DNA of 30,286 nt from assembly GCA_046483985.1 (NCBI GenBank), contig JAWOCD010000108.1, positions 1 to 30,286 of the forward strand, written 5' to 3'. Under the pieces are notes generated by a model. The model was not told where the DNA came from, made no database searches, and saw nothing but the letters and a program-made list of their open reading frames with translations. The translations under genes were made by a program, and so were the position numbers. Numbering within the stretch: position 1 is the stretch's first letter; each line of letters opens with the position of its first letter. Shown here in pieces: positions 26,305-30,286 of this stretch. This stretch comes from Promethearchaeia archaeon. GTDB lineage: Archaea > Asgardarchaeota > Lokiarchaeia > Sigyniarchaeales > SOKP01.

Positions 26305-26577
26305 TTAAAAATTATATTGATGATGTCTAAAATTGTCTACGGGCTTTCTATATTCATACTCTATGTTATCTACTCGGGCTAATCGTGGACCTTCTTTGGC
26401 AAATTCTAACAATTCTTCCAATCGTTCTTTGGGACCTTGAGCCTCTATGTGAACGCTCCCATCAGACATATTTTGAGCGTAACCCTCCAACCCTAACTTT
26501 CTGGCGGTTTTCTTCGTCGAATATCGAAAGAAAACCCCTTGTACGCGACCTTCAACATCAATTACAATTCGCTTCAT
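26305..26577 (-). CDS. acyP: Acylphosphatase
   Basis: GRVQGVFFR, GYAQNMSDGSV, GPRLARV. Confidence 0.95.
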   Translation of the reverse strand: MKRIVIDVEGRVQGVFFRYSTKKTARKLGLEGYAQNMSDGSVHIEAQGPKERLEELLEFAKEGPRLARVDNIEYEYRKPVDNFRHHQYNF

Positions 26578-27094
26578 ACTTCAAATAATTCAACACATAA
26601 TATTAAACATTATTTTTAAAATCTATTAATAAAAATGCACGGAAATGGAATAGCTTGAATAATTCTGCTGGGTTTTTAAGGATTTCGGAAATAAGATATT
26701 CACATGCTCTTCCTTCTTGTATAGAGAGAGGGAGATACCCTCCTTATATAAAAATAAACGAGAAATTTTCGGTAAAGAAAGGAATTAAATATTAATAAAC
26801 ATTAGTTCGGAATGCTATATTTCACTGAATCGCTATTCAAAAATTGCTTTTGTTTTCTTTATGAACGCTTCTTGGGTCCTCTCACCATGCGTTCAAAACA
26901 ATCTAACACTCTTTTATCGAAAACCTTACCACACTTCGAACAATATTTATATATCTATTTTTAATCTATTTTGTTATTCTGCTTCAATTTTATCACTTAG
27001 AAATTCTCTGGATATATTTGAGAATAAGTTGCTCGAGATAATAATGGATCAACTGTGTTTCTTCAATTTTACCAAGATTTTTCATTTAAAAAAT

Positions 27095-28213
27095 TTATTT
27101 TAATAACTTATCAATTTTTTTATAATCTAAATTTAAGGCTTCAGCAACCTGTTTGTTGACCAAATTCCCTTGAAAAATATTGACGCCCCTCTTAAGCGCA
27201 GAATTTTTATTGATAGCTTTCTCGATTGTTTCATTCGAAGTTAGATCCACAAGAAAAGGAAATATATTTTCGGATAGAGTTTCTGTAGCTGTTCTTGGAT
27301 AAGCTCCAGGCATATTTGTCACAGAATAATGAATAACTCCTTCCTCAATAAATGTGGGATTCTCATGAGTGGTGGGCTTACTAGTCTCAATACACCCTCC
27401 TTGATCTATGGCGACATCAATTACAACGGAACCGCGATTCATGGATTTAACCATCTCTCTCGTAACGATCTTTGGAGCTCTTGAATTGGGAATAAGTACA
27501 GTTCCTATCAATATATCTGCTAATTTCACAGACTCTCTCAAGTTTTTAGCACTTGATTTAATTACGGCTATTCCCTTGGGCAATATGTCATCTAAATATC
27601 TTATTCGAGCTATATTCTTTTCTAATATTATCACATGAGCTCCCAATCCATAACTTGCTAATGCTGCGTTTTTACCCGCTGTACCTCCTCCTAAAATTAC
27701 AACGCATCCGTCACGAACTCCCGCCACGCCCCCTAAAAGTGTTCCAGAACCATTATTATGCATCGATAATAAATTTGCTCCGATTATTACTGACATTCTT
27801 CCGGCAATCTCCGACATGGGCATTAAGAGGGGTAAATTTCCATCCTCTAATCTCACTGATTCAAAAGCAATTGCTGTGGCATTTCTTTCAATAAGATTCC
27901 TCGTTAATTTTGGATTAGCGGCAAGATGGAGAAAGGAGAAAAGGATTGGACCGGGGTTAAAAAAGTTAAGTTCATCTCTAATTGGTTCCTTTACTTTTAC
28001 AAGAATTTCTGAGTCAGAGTAAACCGTACTTTTTTTCTCAATAACTTTAGCGCCAGATTTTTCATAATTCTCGTTTTTAAACCCCGCAATTCTTCCAGCG
28101 TCTTTTTCAATCAGAATGTTATGCCCCTTTTGTATTAGATCTTCAACATTAGCTGGTGTTAAGCTTACTCTTCCTTCACCAGATTTAATTTCTTTAGGTA
28201 TTCCGATAATCAT
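27095..28213 (-). CDS. ald: Alanine dehydrogenase (bacterial AlaDH/PNT type)
   Basis: IGIPKEIK-x2-[56 protein letters not shown]. Confidence 0.96.
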   Translation of the reverse strand: MIIGIPKEIKSGEGRVSLTPANVEDLIQKGHNILIEKDAGRIAGFKNENYEKSGAKVIEKKSTVYSDSEILVKVKEPIRDELNFFNPGPILFSFLHLAANPKLTRNLIERNATAIAFESVRLEDGNLPLLMPMSEIAGRMSVIIGANLLSMHNNGSGTLLGGVAGVRDGCVVILGGGTAGKNAALASYGLGAHVIILEKNIARIRYLDDILPKGIAVIKSSAKNLRESVKLADILIGTVLIPNSRAPKIVTREMVKSMNRGSVVIDVAIDQGGCIETSKPTTHENPTFIEEGVIHYSVTNMPGAYPRTATETLSENIFPFLVDLTSNETIEKAINKNSALKRGVNIFQGNLVNKQVAEALNLDYKKIDKLLK

Positions 28214-28368
28214 ACTCTACCACCAGATAGCATTTCTCTTAAATTTTTTTCCTTAATATATAAAATGAATTTAAATTGCTTTTAGCAACTTGGATGATGT
28301 TTAAACGGATTTTATTCTAAAAAGAGGATGAATTCAAAAGGTAGGGTATTATTGAAGGAATTTACGAT

Positions 28369-28596
28369 TCAAGGCTGAACCATAGGTTCTTCCTTATCTT
28401 TTTCTAAGTTTTTTCTCCATTTCTGAAACTCTTTTGTTACTGATCCTTGTGATATTGCTTCATTTCCCGTTTCAGTCTCATACCTTCTTATTAGTTTGAT
28501 GATTTGCTTTCTTTTCTCTTCATTTATCATTTCATTACTGAGCAGAAAATTTTTGATTAAAAGATCATTTAACTTAATAAAAATATCTTTCATCAA
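28369..28596 (-). CDS. Small hypothetical protein with a YExxTGxxAxxxGxxTxxFxxW motif
   Basis: Contains YETETGNEAISQGSVTKEFQKW; the true start may be the internal MINEE. Confidence 0.6.
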   Translation of the reverse strand: MMKDIFIKLNDLLIKNFLLSNEMINEEKRKQIIKLIRRYETETGNEAISQGSVTKEFQKWRKNLEKDKEEPMVQP

Positions 28597-28683
28597 ATTT
28601 ATAAATTTTATCGTTTGAAAATGCGGGGTCTCTACGAATTATCTGAGGGCAATGGTAAGATAATATTGGTTTAAATTTGCCCT

Positions 28684-29859
28684 TTATAATCTATCTCTCT
28701 TCTCTTCTACTGGTAACTTCTTTTTCCTATTAAGGACCTTTTTTTTTTGCTTTACGCTGTCTCTTCTCATTCTTTCAATTATTTCAGAAAAATGGGTTGC
28801 TAAACGACTGATTTGTGCCTTTAATGAAGCATTTCTCCCAATTTTTTCATAAATAAATCTCCACAAGAGAGTTAATATAGCGGTAGCGGGAAGAATAAAG
28901 AACCATATTTCGAACGCATTAAGCATCTGAGGAAAGAGGAAAAAGAGAACATGGTGGCCTAAGAATATTGAAAACGAATAGAAAGAATAGTAAATAAATA
29001 ATCGATAACTTTTTTCTAGTTGGTAAACTTTGTCGTCCTTTAACCATAGGAGCAAAGCAAGGCCAAGTAATTCAATTCCAAATATAAATAAATGGGAAGA
29101 AAATGTCTCTTTCGATAAAAATGCGGGAAAATAAAAGAGAATCCCAAATATAGTTAGAAAAAAGCCTCCTATTATGTAAGGTAAATATACTTTTTTTTTT
29201 AACTGTAATTTTCGTTTTTCGGGGGGTTCAACATAAAAAATCTCGTATAATGTATCTCCAATAACGGTCCCCATTAATAAGAATGGAAAGTATCCTAAGA
29301 TTGGATTCTGGCTCTGAACATTATATAAGATGTGGTATAATAGTCCAAATCCGTTTGCCTGGCTTTTAAATGGCAGCAGCCACAAAAAAATAAATTCGTT
29401 GCCAATCCAGATTGAAAAGGCGAATATTACCCTGAGGGTCCGTGATACCTTTAATAGGGGCCAAGCTAAAATTAGCGAAATTCCAATCGTTTGAAGTACA
29501 AACCATAACCAAATACCTTTAATGCCCATATCGACTAATCCAAATAATACCGCTCCAAAATTCCAAATAAAAGAGACTACTAAAATTAAGAGTGCCCTAA
29601 ACATGTATTCATCTCTAATAGATTGTTTACTAAACGCATGGGTATGCTTATAACTGGACATTTTAAACCGATAGGAGAGTGCTGCACTTATTCCGGATAT
29701 AAGCAGGAATCCTCCTCCTCCAAACGGTGCCCCCAAGTTCCAAAAAATCTCATATAACCAATAATCGCCTTCAGTTATCCACCATTCAATTTGATGACCG
29801 ACAGCCATATAGAAAATACATAGCCCACGAAAGATGTCAATTGATTTTAAGCGTCTCAC
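28684..29859 (-). CDS. DUF1624 / heparan-alpha-glucosaminide N-acetyltransferase-like membrane protein
   Basis: RLKSIDIFRG-x4-MAVGH, FLLISGIS, VLQTIG, about 10 TM helices. Confidence 0.82.
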   Translation of the reverse strand: MRRLKSIDIFRGLCIFYMAVGHQIEWWITEGDYWLYEIFWNLGAPFGGGGFLLISGISAALSYRFKMSSYKHTHAFSKQSIRDEYMFRALLILVVSFIWNFGAVLFGLVDMGIKGIWLWFVLQTIGISLILAWPLLKVSRTLRVIFAFSIWIGNEFIFLWLLPFKSQANGFGLLYHILYNVQSQNPILGYFPFLLMGTVIGDTLYEIFYVEPPEKRKLQLKKKVYLPYIIGGFFLTIFGILFYFPAFLSKETFSSHLFIFGIELLGLALLLWLKDDKVYQLEKSYRLFIYYSFYSFSIFLGHHVLFFLFPQMLNAFEIWFFILPATAILTLLWRFIYEKIGRNASLKAQISRLATHFSEIIERMRRDSVKQKKKVLNRKKKLPVEEKRDRL

Positions 29860-30286
29860 TCTCTTATACCTCTTTAAATTTAAGAAAATACTATAATATA
29901 ATTACTTTTGTATGTATTAAGCAGTATGATTTTTAAAATTTGCAAAACTTAAGATTGATAATCTTTTCTAAACATTAAAAAGAAATAAATCTGAGTTCGT
30001 TCAAAATTCAGTGATGGAAAAATAAAAATTTGAAAAATCGGATCTAATTTTAATGAATGTTTAAGAAAATTATCCAGAAGTCCGAACACTCCTTTATTTC
30101 CGGTGGAGAGTGAGAATTAGGTGAAGAAGATTTAAAGGGAGCCGATTCCTCATTTTAAATATGCCAATACCTAAAATGAAAAGAAATCAAGCTCCCATTA
30201 ATACAAAGCAAAAGACTCTTAATAAATATTGCCCTAATTTACCGGACGGTAAAAAGCATAGTTTAGTAGCAGAATTAGAGCGGCGA

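Noticed and set aside
7587-29859. A lysosome-like glycan degradation module (sulfatase, HGSNAT-like protein, TMEM62-like protein)
   Set aside because: The genes are scattered over 22 kb, DUF1624 and sulfatase folds are common in prokaryotes, and nothing links them.
13-29936. Numerous 60-125 aa track ORFs overlapping larger genes (e.g. 935..1276, 4005..4292, 19444..19818, 24311..24574, 26861..27103)
   Set aside because: Mostly antisense or alternate-frame shadows of well-supported genes, or motif-less intergenic frames.
30090-30286. Partial ORF at the right edge (+ strand from ATG 30161, or a minus-strand hydrophobic frame interrupted by TGA)
   Set aside because: Too short and ambiguous to assign a strand or product without the adjacent sequence.

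Overview
AT-rich archaeal window, most likely from an Asgard archaeon (Lokiarchaeia/Promethearchaeota). This is inferred from BRE-TATA promoters, an ADP-forming acetate-CoA ligase, an HdrD-like protein, standalone 7TM proteins and a TMEM62-like gene; it was not confirmed by any search. About 26 mostly metabolic genes are present: a FAD-oxidoreductase/HdrD-like pair (the latter is missing from the ORF track because it runs off the left edge), AcdA, PAP2 phosphatase, threonine ammonia-lyase, a sulfatase-fold enzyme divergent from a GPH sugar transporter, DUF763, a 7TM-fadD-tetR cluster, an SDR, two VapBC toxin-antitoxin pairs, a flavodoxin-like Fe-S flavoprotein, an alpha/beta hydrolase, acylphosphatase, alanine dehydrogenase and a DUF1624 membrane acyltransferase. 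Three things stand out. (1) A compact operon encodes a divergent glutamate-cysteine-ligase-fold (GCS2) carboxylate-amine ligase, a gamma-glutamylcyclotransferase and a class I glutamine amidotransferase, a candidate gamma-glutamyl writer/eraser system. (2) One gene looks like a full-length archaeal counterpart of eukaryotic TMEM62. (3) IS200/IS605-type left-end and right-end hairpins bracket the PAP2 gene, and a separate tnpB 3' remnant is present. The intergenic regions also hold a frameshifted Thi4 fragment, a shared ATGAAT-N4-ATTCAT operator and tandem-repeat operators upstream of both antitoxins. All family assignments come from motif recognition by eye.
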